This document shows, one piece after another, positions 21,557-33,468 of a DNA stretch of 64,000 nucleotides. The notes beneath the pieces were generated by a model. The model was not told the origin of the DNA. It saw nothing but the letters and a program-made list of their open reading frames with translations, and searched no databases. Every line of letters starts with the position of its first letter. Within the stretch, counting starts at the first letter, position 1. The stretch is from Cyanidioschyzon merolae (Eukaryota): assembly GCA_000091205.1 (NCBI GenBank), contig AP006493.2; one strand, 5' to 3'. The translations under genes and the position numbers were made by a program.

Positions 21557-23080
21557 ACTCAAGTTTGTTTCACTCTCGCTGCAGTGGATGCCAGGAGATG
21601 CAACTCTCTATGCAGCGCAACGTATAGATTGTAGACGAATTGCTTCTAGGGTACATTTTTTACTGAACGGCGGAAGGAAGACAGCGTACATCCATCAGTT
21701 CAGTCACACCGCAGTACTCAGATTACAGATGATTAATGAAAGAAGGAAAAATACAGGTATATGCCATCCGCACCAAAAACCGATATTCTCACAGATTGCT
21801 TGTGGCCAACGGTAGGAAACGACCCGTTGATCACCTTAATGAGAGCAAAAGCGACACCAGAAGCCGCGACACCCGTCTCTGTTTCTGAACAGCTTGTTTA
21901 CGTGGTCCTGAAAGCACTGGGATACAGCCGCACAAGAATGTTCAGTTTCACGCATTTTCATCTCCCACCGAAATCGCAATGACAGCGTTCCTAGAACGTC
22001 GTGATCGGTATGAAGCACAGGGAGGTCGGTTGCTTTTTTCGATAGATGAGAATTCCATCGGACGAACCGGTCGGAGCGAACATGCGTATTAACAGAGCAT
22101 GGAGCCCGTTGTATATACAATCGATCTCAAAGAGAACGACGATATAATTTGTTCTAGGCGCAGTGGATACATTTGGTGGCTCTAGTTTTAACTCCCCGAG
22201 AAGGCGCATAAAATCCCTCCCACTTTTTTAAATTATTGAAGACTTTTCCTCGACGCTAGGCGACGTCCTTCTGTTGGCCAACGTAGCGTTTCACCGGTTT
22301 CCTTGTGTTCGAGTTTTGCTGATTCTGTCGGGGTAGAGATGCTTCTAATTCCTCCCTACTCTCAGTAGCAGAACCTCATTGAAGAAATGTTTTTTATCAT
22401 GAAATGTAATGATCGCTCCATTGGACGAATCGCTAGACCATTCAGCACCGTAGCGCCGGGGCATACTTCGTCCTTGTTCCGCAAGTGATTCTCGCTCCAG
22501 GAAGAGATTTAGCTGAGGTCATGAACAAGTGCGTTCATTTTCAAGAAATTGCACCTAAGGAATGAGCTGCGGAGCTCATTTCAAAAGGTCGAGAGGGGGA
22601 GAAGCCAGCAGGGCGCTTCGGAGATAGGAAAGCACAGGGAGCTGACAGGGCAGCAAATGGCAATGAGGGCAAGGGATATAGGAATATTTGCATTGTCGCG
22701 TTCCAGCAACGGCACTGCAAGCATTGAGTTCGTGAACTTAGGCTCCAAAGCCGCCATCAATATCAGACAGTGTGAGGTATTGAAAACGAGACCCGCGGAG
22801 CTGAGGCGAACTTACTTTGTGGGGCGGCCTCTCAGAGAAGAAGTGTACAAGTTGAAGCTCCAGCCGATAGCATTCGGCCGGGCAAAACACTGGAACGCGT
22901 CCGTGCGTGGGTAATATTGAACCCCTACGGGTTGTGGCGCATTACTCATTTAACCTACAGCAAACTGAGCCCGTGGATAGACGTTTACTCACGGCCCGTT
23001 TGGGGTTTCAACAGCCGCAACTGGCTACGTCTCTGGTTTGTAGATGTTCATCGTCGCGATTCCTCAAAGGGGACGTTTGT
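21557..23080 (+). mobile_element. TnpB/Fanzor-like element, family B copy B2 (degenerate)
   Basis: The 5' 250 nt align to the reverse complement of the B0 5' end. ORF 21761..21982 (...SVSEQLVYVVLKALGYSR...) is homologous to the B3 N-terminal ORF. A RuvC-I remnant sits at about 22100..22200 (nucleotide match to 1920..2020, reverse complement). The C-terminal ORF 22549..22914 has IEFVNLGSKAAINIRQCEVLKTRPAELRRTYFVGRPLREEV. Confidence 0.55.
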
Positions 23081-24734
23081 TCGGGAAGCGTTTTAATCCT
23101 GCGTACGCGATTGGCTCTAGCAAACTGCACAAATCACAAGGAGCAGGCTGCTGCGTAGCGGCTCGCAAAATGCTTGGAGTGACCAACCGCACGCCGCTGC
23201 TGGCGCTGGAAACGAGCGAGGACACCCTCCCGGGGAAAGCCTTCCAAGCACCGGAAAGAGAGGCTCATGAACCTGTAAATTCGAACGCTGTGGCAGACGA
23301 AGTTCCCATAACTAGCTCTGAGCTCGAGCTACCAGCAGATTCGGACGCTTTAGAAGAGAAGCAGCTACTTCTTCTGCTCAAGAAACAGCTCGGGGCAGAT
23401 TTCGAACGAATTTTTGACTCAAAAAATCCATTCATAGGGGAGGTTTTCTGAGCGAGCCTGCTCAACCTGTCAGGACGGGATTTATGTCAACAATTGCATC
23501 CCAGCGGTGCTCGAGTACGTTCAAAGCCAGGTAATCCGTGCACGTTGTGGAGCTGGTGCGCATTTTTTGGGTATCATGTTGGTCTTTCTACCCAGGGAGA
23601 CAGCATTAATCTACCAATCAACAAATTCTTACTAGCACATGGATCCAATGCGTGTGACTCGTGATTCAGCACTGACCGAGGCGTTTCAAACGGATCGACA
23701 TGCTCAAAACCGGCGCGAAGAATCGTGAGAGCTTCTATTTGGACCGTCGACCGTAGCTGAAGAGTATGCGTGGAGTCAAGCTTCTGCTGAGGCTACATAT
23801 CCCTGCGGCGCGTTAGGCCGTCGGGTAGAAGTACTCTACGAGCTAATTGCCTCGTGGAGTACGCGTTTCGCACGCGTCCCTAGCGCACAGTCTTGCCTTC
23901 AGACACGAGTGTCGGGACGGAGTCGGGCTGTACACTGGAAACCTGATGACGTTCACAGCACGCCCACGCGTTGTTGCAGCCTCGGCAACGTGCCCCGATA
24001 CCGGCTATTGTCGCTAATTTCGAATCCGAGCACTTGGGCACGTCGGACACCAGGGATCCGGTTCAAATTGGCGGCTACATTTTTACCAGCGAGCTTTTTT
24101 GGGTATTTCCAATATGTCCAGCAATTCTGATTACATGGCATTCACCATCTGTGTCTAGGCATCGAAGTGGTACTGCATATATATGTCCTTCGAAAATGCG
24201 CATCTCTGTAAACTCTAGCGTTAAGCAGTTCAATGTTTTGTGGTGGGTACATGCTTATTGCCATTCCAGTGCCCACGACTGCTTTTGATCGCATGTTTCA
24301 CGCATGTATGAGTACTAAAAGCGAACTCATTGGGTTCGCGTCTGTCTGGATGCCCGACGAAAAAGCCTGGCTCTTAAGGCGAGTACTGTGAAAAGGAGGG
24401 GATAGAATGGCTCATATTTCCTGAGCTGCTCACCATGTCTAAAACGATCCTATAGACTGCATCCTCAGGTCTATGCATGAGCGTTGATGATCTGAATTCT
24501 TTCGGCATCTGTTCGAAATGGGCATCGCACTGAATATATCCGCAGGGGAACAATCTGAAATAATTCGCGATCTCGTTGGCAACGGTCCACGATCTAGAAG
24601 ATATCCCTCTCGCGCGCTTCCCCAAATGACGCTTCCAGACGGCGCAAGTTCCTGGAGGCGACAGACAAACGCATCATCACCAGGAGACAGGTAACGAAAC
24701 CCCTCTTGATATGCATAGAAATTGCGAAAACTTT

Positions 24735-27696
24735 AACGCCATTACCGTTCATCAGCTGCAAATGAAAATCGTTCCCTGTGTCTATCTAGGGCGCTCTAAT
24801 ATTTCTGGATGAGTAATCCGTACCGCACCAGTGCGTTGCTTCAGGCGTGCATGCAATGAATCTCTCCTAGTCACCAAACTATATTATCCAAAGTCTTCCG
24901 CTTTCCATGTAATGCGCTCATTGAGTACAACACAACTACATCACACATTCACTCGACACAAATCTGCTGGACGCGCTCGCACTTCTAGGAATCTACAGAT
25001 GTTTATCGTGGCGTTCAAGTCTCGACGCGGAAACTGCTTGCACGCTTGGTTGGTGGTGAAAGCACACTGTAGCGAGCCTCGAAACCACGACTGCATCGAC
25101 ATCTGATGCTCGGAAAGCTTACCCTGCACAAGCTCATGCATCCGCCTCCATCTCACGCGTTTTTTCTCTGCCTGTTTCAGCGTGCACCTGTGCTCAGGAT
25201 GCGTGTGCATCGTCCTGAGCAAATCGATGGTCATGATGAAGAATCAGTTCTCGCACTAGTTGTAAGCTCCAGTCGAAGGAGCAGGACAGCAGCATTGGAG
25301 TGTTCGCGCATGCTCAGCGCCATCGGCTGCTGCTGTAGGATGCGACTTATCTGTCAGTCGCTTTCCGACTCATGAGATAGACTGGCGAACGCATGCGTCC
25401 CGCCTCCGTACAGCCTGGCCCGCAGGCGGTCCTAACGCGGTCTCGAGTGTTCGTACCGTACTTCGCCCGCATGAGTGATCTAGATACCAATGTACGCGCG
25501 TCATGAGGCGTCGAGGGGTGCTCCCTCTGTTCGATACGGTACTCAGGGCGTCTAGAAGGATCCTCACGCCGCATGCCGCTCGTCAATATGCCTCCTGCGG
25601 TCCATCATGCCCAACTCTCGATGACGCCCAGCCCCCGAACTGCTGAGCAGCCCGATCCGCTTTCCGCTCGGTTCTTTTGGTCGTTTCTTCTCATTCTCAG
25701 GTGCGGCGACCGCGAGGAGGCCCTTCAACGCGGGATCCACACGCATCCCAAAGTGCGCCTCCTGTTCCACTCTATACGAGGGACAATGAGTCTCGCGTGC
25801 CCGACTCAGGCGTAGCCATCGGAAAATCTATGCAGATTGATATTCTGTCGGCCCCCATGGTTCCTCTAAGTTTCTCTCCATTTGCTCCGTGTGGATGAGA
25901 ATTCTTGGACGCGCTCGCCAGACGCTCTTCACAAAGTTGCCTGTGTGCTTCCTATTTGTGCGCAGACACCAGCAGCAGCTCACTGAAAACGCCATACACT
26001 ACCGAGCTGGTTTGCGGTGATATGGTGGCCATGATCTGACTGTTGGGTACCGCATCGAACAGACGCTCAAGGTAACTGGTGCGCTCGGACTCGCGACGGG
26101 ATTCGGCGCTGCTCTGGCGCGCTTCGTTCAGGGACAGGTGCTGGCGTAAGGTACACGGAACGAAGGCATCGCGCTTCCACCATTATTCGGACGCAATGTC
26201 CGTGGGTGCGAATCTGAGAGCTACGCAGTGAGCTCGGACGATCTAGACTCACTATCGCTCTGTTCATGACGTCTCCTACGAACTTGCAGCCAACTCGATG
26301 TCCTCCGACATTGGCGCCCCGTTGGCCTCCATCAACACCCCAAGAAAGCCTGCCACCAATCGTCACTTTTGCGGTCCAGCGAGCGGCTGCCAGATCGCCC
26401 CCGGGATGCGTCTCTTGAAGCGCTCGACGTTGGCCGGCAAGCTGGTTCCGTTTTTGCTTCGCGGTTCGTTTGATGCTTTTCTGTACCAGCGCTGCAGATG
26501 TCCCGATCTTCCACGTCGTGCAGCTACTCGTCAAGGTATTCTGCGAAGCGGGTGAGCAAATCTCTGCTCCTGCAATCAGGCCGCATTCCAGCTCCGGTCC
26601 CGATTATCAGTTGCTTTGCCGTGCATAGGTTCGATCGGAATTTCCAGAGGAATCAGGACAGACGGGAGCCCCGCGACCGAAAGTCGTGCGAGTAGTTGTC
26701 TGAGGGGCTGCGTCAAGCCAAGGCACGCAAGATGAGTCTTGCCCGAAACAAGCTTCGCTTTCCGAATGCCGTCCAGCATCTCGCTTATTGGGGAATACTC
26801 TCCGTTGACGTGTTTCAGTAGGGTGGCCTCGACAATGATTTCAGAGTTTGCTGTCCGCTCGCGAAGATTTTTGGCCGTGTACCTACCCGTTCTTGTTGTG
26901 GAAGGATGTTCCTCTTCTTCGTCGGATGCGCGTTCCGCCTTCTCCATTTCCTGGCGGCGTGGTATCGATGCGGTGGCCAGTATTCATACCCGTTGTACTC
27001 TTTGAGGTTCATACGCTCCGTGTAATTGGTGGCACTGAAGCGTCCCTCTCATAAGTGTTTATCTACCACTCGCCAAATACCTCTTCATCACCGTCTCCAT
27101 CGTGAGCACGCCCGCGCAGCCGAGAGAGCTTCTCCGATCCCGCACACACACACACACTCGCACGAAAGGTGAATCCATGAAGTCCTCACGAGCAGGGTGA
27201 AGTGATGAACGAACTTGTCCGTTTCGCGATATGTAGGCGATCATGCAAATGAAGAGCCGCTTGGGGGATGCTACTCTCACCCTCACGTATATCTTCTACA
27301 CGAACAGCGGTTTGCCGGCCTTCGAGTATCCATACACGGGTAGGCCAGCTTTCTAGAATGGCGTCTCATCGAGAGAGACGAAACCCCGTCGCTCTTGTAG
27401 CACGCGTTGGAGTTTCAATACGAAAGTGATAGTTTGTCGTTCATCACGCGATGCTCTCACACACACGCGTGCTTTTTCTCTGCGGCAATCAAAAACTCTT
27501 CATCACCGTTCGTATCAACAGTACGGAAGCTTCAAATCCTCTGGCTTTTTTGGTAGTCTTTCTCAGAGAAGATATGGACTGGAATGGATTGGCGGAAGAC
27601 AGACTCTCGTATAGATAGACTTTAATAAGATCTGTTTTTAATATATGGCGTTCACGATACGGACAATGAGAGAAATCAATCATCCACCTGCTGACC
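24735..27696 (-). mobile_element. family C Fanzor1-like element, full-length copy C2 (2962 bp; about 99% identical to C3)
   Basis: Minus-strand ORF pieces: an acidic/K/R-rich region (MEKAERASDEEEEH..., ARKWRRRNAHPTKKRN); ...EATLLKHVNGEYSPISEMLDGIRKAKL, homologous to the A-family N-terminus; a candidate RuvC-I LSWGVDGGQRGANVGG; and the C-terminal ...FPRRDLNATINICRF... ending at 24941. The frames differ between pieces. Confidence 0.75.
27133..27147. repeat. (CA)n microsatellite inside C2 (also inside C3 at 50089..50103)
   Basis: cacacacacacacac. Confidence 0.8.
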
Positions 27697-27921
27697 AGCA
27701 TGGTGAATGAGTTGTACAAGCCAAGCCAAGTCGTTTTTCGCAAGCGAGCAGTGATTGCATATAACGCTTTTCACGACGTTCCTCTGATCTCCACGATACA
27801 TTCCTTTTGTCGAGTACCCATGAGAGAAACAAGCGAAAACAAAAAGGACGTGCAGATAAATGCGTTCCAGAACTCGCAGTTCTGATTGTAATTATGGACC
27901 GAATGTGGACCTATCCGTGTG

Positions 27922-30084
27922 CTATGCCTCGCAGAGGCATGCGCAGCTCCCATATACGGCTCGTAATCTGTGCAGAACGTGGTGGACAGATCCGACGGGC
28001 GCGTTCCCCGTCGGTTTCAGGACATCGGTAAGCAGGCTTTGAACAGCGGCTTTGAAACTTTCTAGTGCGGCCAGATCTGCATCATGTCGAGCCTCCCGCA
28101 GCAGCGTGTAACGTCCTCTTAGCATTGAGTTGACATGTCCGGGCGAGATTGGCACGAAATCAAAAAGCGATCGGAATCGAAGGGCAAACGCAGCTTGTTC
28201 CGATTCTGATAGCTCCTCTTTCGGCGGCAGCTCGTTCTCCGAGCATGCCCCGTGGATTAACGCAGATTTGTGAGTCGCACCATCCACGTTTTCTTGAATG
28301 GAACATCTAGGGCAAGAGTTCTCGCTGACATTGCGTGCGCTGTCCTGCACCTCGACATCGCGAACATATTCTCTTCTACTTAATACTAGCCTCGCTCTCA
28401 GCAGGTGCAGGGAAACATGCTCCTCATTTGGATCATACCAAAAAGACAAGATGGAATCAATACTGCGTAGCAGAAGGAGCTCGAGCGCCTGCAGGTACCT
28501 CAACTCAATTGCGCTGTACAATTCCAGGTCGAAACCCAAATCTATGATGCGCAACACAATCCAGAGCGCCAAAGCTGCGCGTCCCATATCGATGCCGCGG
28601 AGCGTCTCCACAGCTTTGGAAAGTGCTCTGCAGCGCAAGCCCCGTCCCGTTGCCGAATTCAGCGCAGCAAGCACAGCCTGCCGTGTCCCGTTATCTCGGC
28701 CTATCTTTCGTAAAACTCTTAAGAGTCGACGCCTTTGTCTGCCACTGTTCATGCATAATACATGAATTAGGACCTCGATTATCGGCAGCAACTGCTCGGC
28801 CTCAATACTGGCGTCAGCAATAGCTGTGCTACGTTCGGCATCGAACGTTCGATGTGGCCCTTCAGTTTTCTGGTCATAAGCATGAACAAAACTCCTTGCG
28901 ACGCTGATCATCTCTTTGCAGAGGCAAGCCCTTGAAACTCCAGCCAATCTTTCGCGTCCATGTAGCTCGACGCAGATGCATGCGAGGTCGAAGCAAGCCA
29001 CGGTGCAGCGCTCCAAACTTGGAAAAGGCGGTGGTGCGAGTTTCCCGCGGAGAAACCTCGATGCTCGATCTAGACGAATACAAAAGGCAGCAAAATCATC
29101 AATGGAAGCGAGTGCATCCTTGTGTTTCATCCGCGGCATCCGCATCGGCGGCGATGGCGGCAGCAGGTGTCGCACCACAGCAGCGTCGAATCCCAGCGTG
29201 CTCTCATCCTGCTCCTCGTGAAACGCAACGACGGAAAGATCTGATAAAAGACGCTGCAGAATATGGGCCTGGCTGTTCAGATCTGACAGAGTTTGCCCTG
29301 TGGAGGAAGCCAAGATGCATAGGTGCCACCATATATCGATATGCCCGATAAGCTGTGCCTGCAGGCGCGGGTCCAGACCTACGGAGCCAGCCGCTTCAGC
29401 GACTTCACGGACGGCCTGATCGCGCAAAAAAGGGCATACGTTTTGGCCAATCGCTTTTGATGTAGATTCCGAATCGAAGACTGGGACGTTTCCAGATATT
29501 TTCCGTACAAGCTTGAAAGGCAGTTGCATCTTCACAGATATATCTTCCTCGAAATGCACATTTGTATGTAAGATTAGCGCCCGAATATGACGTACAAAGA
29601 AAATGCAGCACTCATTCAGAAAAGATGTAAAAGCAGTACCAGGATGTTCTTCTCGAAAAAGGGCTTTGAAGATGTAGAGATTTGGCAGCATAAGTTCCGG
29701 AAGCGAACACCGGCCATCAGCCCAGTTGATTGCAGTTGACAGTGAGGTCTTTATGAGAGACAGTGCTGGTGTGTCTTTCCAGACCTCCGTACAGAAGAGC
29801 TCATCAATTGAGTCTGGTACTATACCTTCCTGAACACTGTCTAGGTAGGTTTTCCCGAGGGGAAGGCTTGCGCCGCTGTCTAGATTCGGAGAGGTCAGCT
29901 CCACTGCAGAGATACAGCTTGCCCAGCGGAAGCTCTTGCCAGTGAATACCATTTCATCTGGAGCAAGACACTGGGTCGCGGCGAAAAACGCCTCCGTAAC
30001 TTCCGCCCATTCGGCTCCGGGCTCCGGTGGACGGGACCGGCCTGAGCCGGTACGCAACGCTTCCGATGATCCAAGCGTGGCCAT
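27922..30084 (-). CDS. NAA35/MAK10-like protein (NatC N-alpha-acetyltransferase auxiliary subunit), tentative
   Basis: The tracked ORF 27922..30288 starts on GTG; the first ATG (MATLGSS...) gives 720 aa. The N-terminal block AEWAEVTEAFFAATQCLAPDEMVFTGKSFRWASCISAVELTSPNLDSG resembles the MAK10 N-terminal signature (…EEFF.A…GELV…F.L.EAMSA.E.MDPKMDSG), and the length fits. Confidence 0.5.
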   Translation of the reverse strand: MATLGSSEALRTGSGRSRPPEPGAEWAEVTEAFFAATQCLAPDEMVFTGKSFRWASCISAVELTSPNLDSGASLPLGKTYLDSVQEGIVPDSIDELFCTEVWKDTPALSLIKTSLSTAINWADGRCSLPELMLPNLYIFKALFREEHPGTAFTSFLNECCIFFVRHIRALILHTNVHFEEDISVKMQLPFKLVRKISGNVPVFDSESTSKAIGQNVCPFLRDQAVREVAEAAGSVGLDPRLQAQLIGHIDIWWHLCILASSTGQTLSDLNSQAHILQRLLSDLSVVAFHEEQDESTLGFDAAVVRHLLPPSPPMRMPRMKHKDALASIDDFAAFCIRLDRASRFLRGKLAPPPFPSLERCTVACFDLACICVELHGRERLAGVSRACLCKEMISVARSFVHAYDQKTEGPHRTFDAERSTAIADASIEAEQLLPIIEVLIHVLCMNSGRQRRRLLRVLRKIGRDNGTRQAVLAALNSATGRGLRCRALSKAVETLRGIDMGRAALALWIVLRIIDLGFDLELYSAIELRYLQALELLLLRSIDSILSFWYDPNEEHVSLHLLRARLVLSRREYVRDVEVQDSARNVSENSCPRCSIQENVDGATHKSALIHGACSENELPPKEELSESEQAAFALRFRSLFDFVPISPGHVNSMLRGRYTLLREARHDADLAALESFKAAVQSLLTDVLKPTGNAPVGSVHHVLHRLRAVYGSCACLCEA

Positions 30085-30759
30085 CGGCTCCTCCAGAAAG
30101 CAGTAATTAGCCAATAGTTTCCTTTTCAAGCACGCGTACGATCCAGCTCCGAAGGTCTTCCGTTTTCCGGGCTCCGTGGTGCAGTTCGCGCAGCATAGAG
30201 GGCACAGCTCCGAACGTGCAGCCAGCTCTTGCACATTCAGCGAAAAACAAGTATTAGGTGGGATGCTCAGACTAGGACGCTTTCGCACCTACACGTCGCG
30301 CACTAATCTCTATAGAATCCCTCAACGAACGTACAAGAACGGTGGACGAGGTTCCATATGAAAACGTGATGAAATTTTAGATTGAAGATCTTGAGGATCG
30401 CACGAGGTTCCGGCGAAAGTCGTGCTCCTCGGGCTGCGCTCATGCAGCGCCCATTCGTGCAACGGAAAAGAGTTGGAAAAATTTCGGAATATCGGAGGAG
30501 CTAAATTTCACGGTTGCGTGAGCGAAGTTTACGCTGCGCTATTGTTTAGCATAGTCGACCTTTTGTTGAAGGCGAGCACCACCTGTCTCGAAATTAGCAG
30601 ACATGCTGGATACATCAAAAACCGCCACGAATGTGGCGCATTTCTATGTCGTAGCAGTAATTGAAAAAGGCACTGCCTGACTATGATTTGGAGATTGGCT
30701 GTTTCGGCTACTATGGGAGCGCTCGTGCTGCAGTGACATTCAATTCCAGTAACATGTAC

Positions 30760-32052
30760 TTATGACTCTCCGTGATCGCCAACGTCGGTGTCACTCTCGG
30801 CCCCATACTCCGCCGTATAGTCCTCCAAGTTGTCCATCAGATGCATTGCGGCCAATTCCGTATTCCGATCACAACTAAGCCAAACTTGGAGACAAGTATC
30901 TCGCGAAACGCCCATCGGTTCCATCATCTGCTCCAACTGCCGCAACTGCTCCGCCTCTTCCTGCGATACCTCTATACGTATAGCATTCGTTGGCTCCATT
31001 GATGGTGCATCTGCACCCGCATACATGTTTCCACGACCCTGTTGGGCAACGAGTTCTCTTAGCTGACGCATCTCGCGCCCTGCCTCCTCGTCTGTAACAG
31101 GTTCATTCAGCATATTGATAAAATCGGCTTGATTCCTTTGGATAATGTCCAAGAGACGGGGGTTCATTCGCCGTAGCTCTGCCAGAAGGGATTGGATCTG
31201 CGAGGGATCCTGCTGAATTGCCCGTCGGAGCAGAGCGAAATGCGGCAAGCGGCGAATGATGTCCAGCTCGCTCCGACTCTGCTGCAACTCAGGATGCACA
31301 GCTTCAGCAGGACGACTTGTCTGATCCATTCCAGCCTGTGCAGGTAAAGTTTGGTGTTCGGGTCTCCTCGCTTCATCGTTCAAGGGTTCTGTCAGGGACT
31401 CTGTGTTTGCCGGGAAACCGTTACAAAGGTACTCTATGGCACGCTCCGGGTTGTAGTGCGCTGCTCGCATTGCTCTCTCGATGCTTCCGTCATCGAAACC
31501 CATATCACGCATTCGATTCATGTAAAGAGAATACTCATCGCCAACCGCAAGCCCTGAGGAGGCGATGCCACTTGTAGTGGTCCCTTCTACTTGAGGAGTT
31601 TGACTGAGAGCACCGCTTTCTGCAGGTGTGGCACCACTTGACTTCGCAGAAACGGACGCTGGCGGTGAATCTGCGGGAATGCCCCGGCTCGCCTCCGAGG
31701 CGATTGTTGCCGAATCGGTCGCCTCGGAGGCTAGTCCGGCCTGGAGAGGCGTCTTTAACTGTGCATCAGCGCTCGAAACAGAAGCCGTTTTCCGCGAGCG
31801 CTGGGTTGCCACTCTCGGCGGCATTACCACTAAGAAGTCGTCATCTTGCATGCCACAGTCCGCGAGTTTTTGTGTTGGGTCTGAAAGGACTCGCCCAGCG
31901 AAAATCAGACGAGCTTCCTGAGTGCGTGCGGGATCCCAGCGAAACTCCTCCCTGCCTCCAAGTTCACGCTTCAGCTCTTCGACCGTCGTATCCGGGCTGA
32001 TTCCATCCAGGGAAAGGTTTTTGTTATCAAGAGTTTTGAAAGTGAGACGCAT
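30760..32052 (-). CDS. RAD23: RAD23 (UV excision repair / proteasome shuttle)
   Basis: 430-aa ORF. N-terminal ubiquitin-like domain (MRLTFKTLDNKNLSLDGISPDTTVEELK...), UBA1 (YSLYMNRMRDMGFDDGSIERAMRAAHYNPERAIEYL), an XPC-binding/STI1 region (LLRRAIQQDPSQIQSLLAELRRMNPRLLDIIQRNQADFINML), and a C-terminal UBA2. Confidence 0.85.
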   Translation of the reverse strand: MRLTFKTLDNKNLSLDGISPDTTVEELKRELGGREEFRWDPARTQEARLIFAGRVLSDPTQKLADCGMQDDDFLVVMPPRVATQRSRKTASVSSADAQLKTPLQAGLASEATDSATIASEASRGIPADSPPASVSAKSSGATPAESGALSQTPQVEGTTTSGIASSGLAVGDEYSLYMNRMRDMGFDDGSIERAMRAAHYNPERAIEYLCNGFPANTESLTEPLNDEARRPEHQTLPAQAGMDQTSRPAEAVHPELQQSRSELDIIRRLPHFALLRRAIQQDPSQIQSLLAELRRMNPRLLDIIQRNQADFINMLNEPVTDEEAGREMRQLRELVAQQGRGNMYAGADAPSMEPTNAIRIEVSQEEAEQLRQLEQMMEPMGVSRDTCLQVWLSCDRNTELAAMHLMDNLEDYTAEYGAESDTDVGDHGES

Positions 32053-32592
32053 CAGTCACGAAAACTCTTTGCGGAAACCACAGTCTATATTCCGGTCTCG
32101 ACGTCCCAGTGCGACTCCAGGACCTGTCTGGGAATGCGGTCGTCAAGATTCTGCTGCTCAAACCAGTGCTCGGCGCAACTTTGTCGCTTTGACTCACCGT
32201 CAGATTTCTCTGAACTGAGTGTCAAGTCAGGTTTACGTGCCTGTGAGATAGTGCGTTCAGCATCTGCAAGGTGTCAAGAAACGTTTTGGAGAGCTTTGGA
32301 GTATACAATAGAAGAATTTGGCTTTCTTCATACACACAAAGTCACACTCCGGTCGTTCTCAACTGGAGCTGGTGGAGACTCCATTCTACGTTCTTTCTGA
32401 AGGTAGCGGTCCGCGTTGTGCTTTTTGAAGGCTCACACGAGAGCTTTCAGATCTACAAAACTTTGCATTGCATGGCCTGTATGTTTTGATGCTCGAGACG
32501 GCTGTTTTCAACGACACATGAGCTGTAACCTTGATACGCGTGCTCGCTGTGAGAGACCTAGCGTGGTGCAACCAGGCAGTACCACAAAGTGT

Positions 32593-33468
32593 ATGGCGAA
32601 CTCGCTGCTCTTCCTGTACAGAGTTTTATCGGTCTTTGTTTTGCTCGGTGCAGTAACGTACCTCCGCGTGTTTCAGCACGATCTTTCTTTAATAACTTTC
32701 TCATCGCAGACTTTAGTTCTCCTCGCTGTTTCATTGACAACGCTTCATTTGGTAGCGCTGCTTAACTGCCGACGATCGAGGTCGCAGCCCATCATGATAG
32801 CCTTATCAAGAGACGTTCATGCAGAGCATCATTTTCCAGAACTCGAGGCGGACGTATCGCCACAGTTCGTGTTGGACGATGTGGAAGAAGGTAGCTCTGG
32901 TACGGCGGACACGTCAATTTCGCGGGAAATGGAGCGCTCGAAGACAGTGCATTCGGTGTCGATGCATAATCGGGAAGACTCGGTTTCGATGTGGCAGCAA
33001 TATCCCGCCCATACCCGGTCCGAAGCGCCTTGCTCCAAGTTACCAGCTTTCGTCGAGAGCGTGTTTCTCCTGGCATTGGCAAATTCAATTTTTCTGGATG
33101 CCGTCTGGTGGCTCATATTACGCCCGCGGGGGGAGCCTTCTGCGCCTCGACGGTTTTCGACGTATTTGCTACATGGACCGATTAACGTTATCATGGGTTC
33201 GATGGAAGTGTTGATCGGCACGATCAGAGCTCGTAGAGCAGCTCTGGTTATGGGCTCACTATATCTAGCGCTGTACTTTTTGTTCGCATTCATGTATCAC
33301 CAGGCACGAGGCGAATGGTTATATTTTTTCCTGAACCCTCGCTCACGGAGGAATTGGTTCATTCTAATCGGCCTAGTGAGCTGGTACTACGCCTGCTATG
33401 CGCTGATCTTCCTCGTGGTCGCTGCACGTGACTGGATGAAGGTCCGACTCGCATTGCGCGCAAAATAG
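32593..33468 (+). CDS. hypothetical multi-pass membrane protein
   Basis: ORF 32416..33468 with several hydrophobic segments (LLFLYRVLSVFVLLGAVTYL, LVLLAVSLTTLHLVALL, LYLALYFLFAFMY, WFILIGLVSWYYACYALIFLVV). The tracked start is TTG; the in-frame ATGs at 32518 and 32593 are both plausible. Confidence 0.4.
   Translation: MANSLLFLYRVLSVFVLLGAVTYLRVFQHDLSLITFSSQTLVLLAVSLTTLHLVALLNCRRSRSQPIMIALSRDVHAEHHFPELEADVSPQFVLDDVEEGSSGTADTSISREMERSKTVHSVSMHNREDSVSMWQQYPAHTRSEAPCSKLPAFVESVFLLALANSIFLDAVWWLILRPRGEPSAPRRFSTYLLHGPINVIMGSMEVLIGTIRARRAALVMGSLYLALYFLFAFMYHQARGEWLYFFLNPRSRRNWFILIGLVSWYYACYALIFLVVAARDWMKVRLALRAK

Noticed and set aside
19330-27696. CRISPR array or other short-period tandem repeats among the repeated sequences.
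   Set aside because: All repeats in the window are kb-scale dispersed copies of three element families or simple homopolymer/dinucleotide runs. There is no regular short repeat-spacer architecture anywhere.
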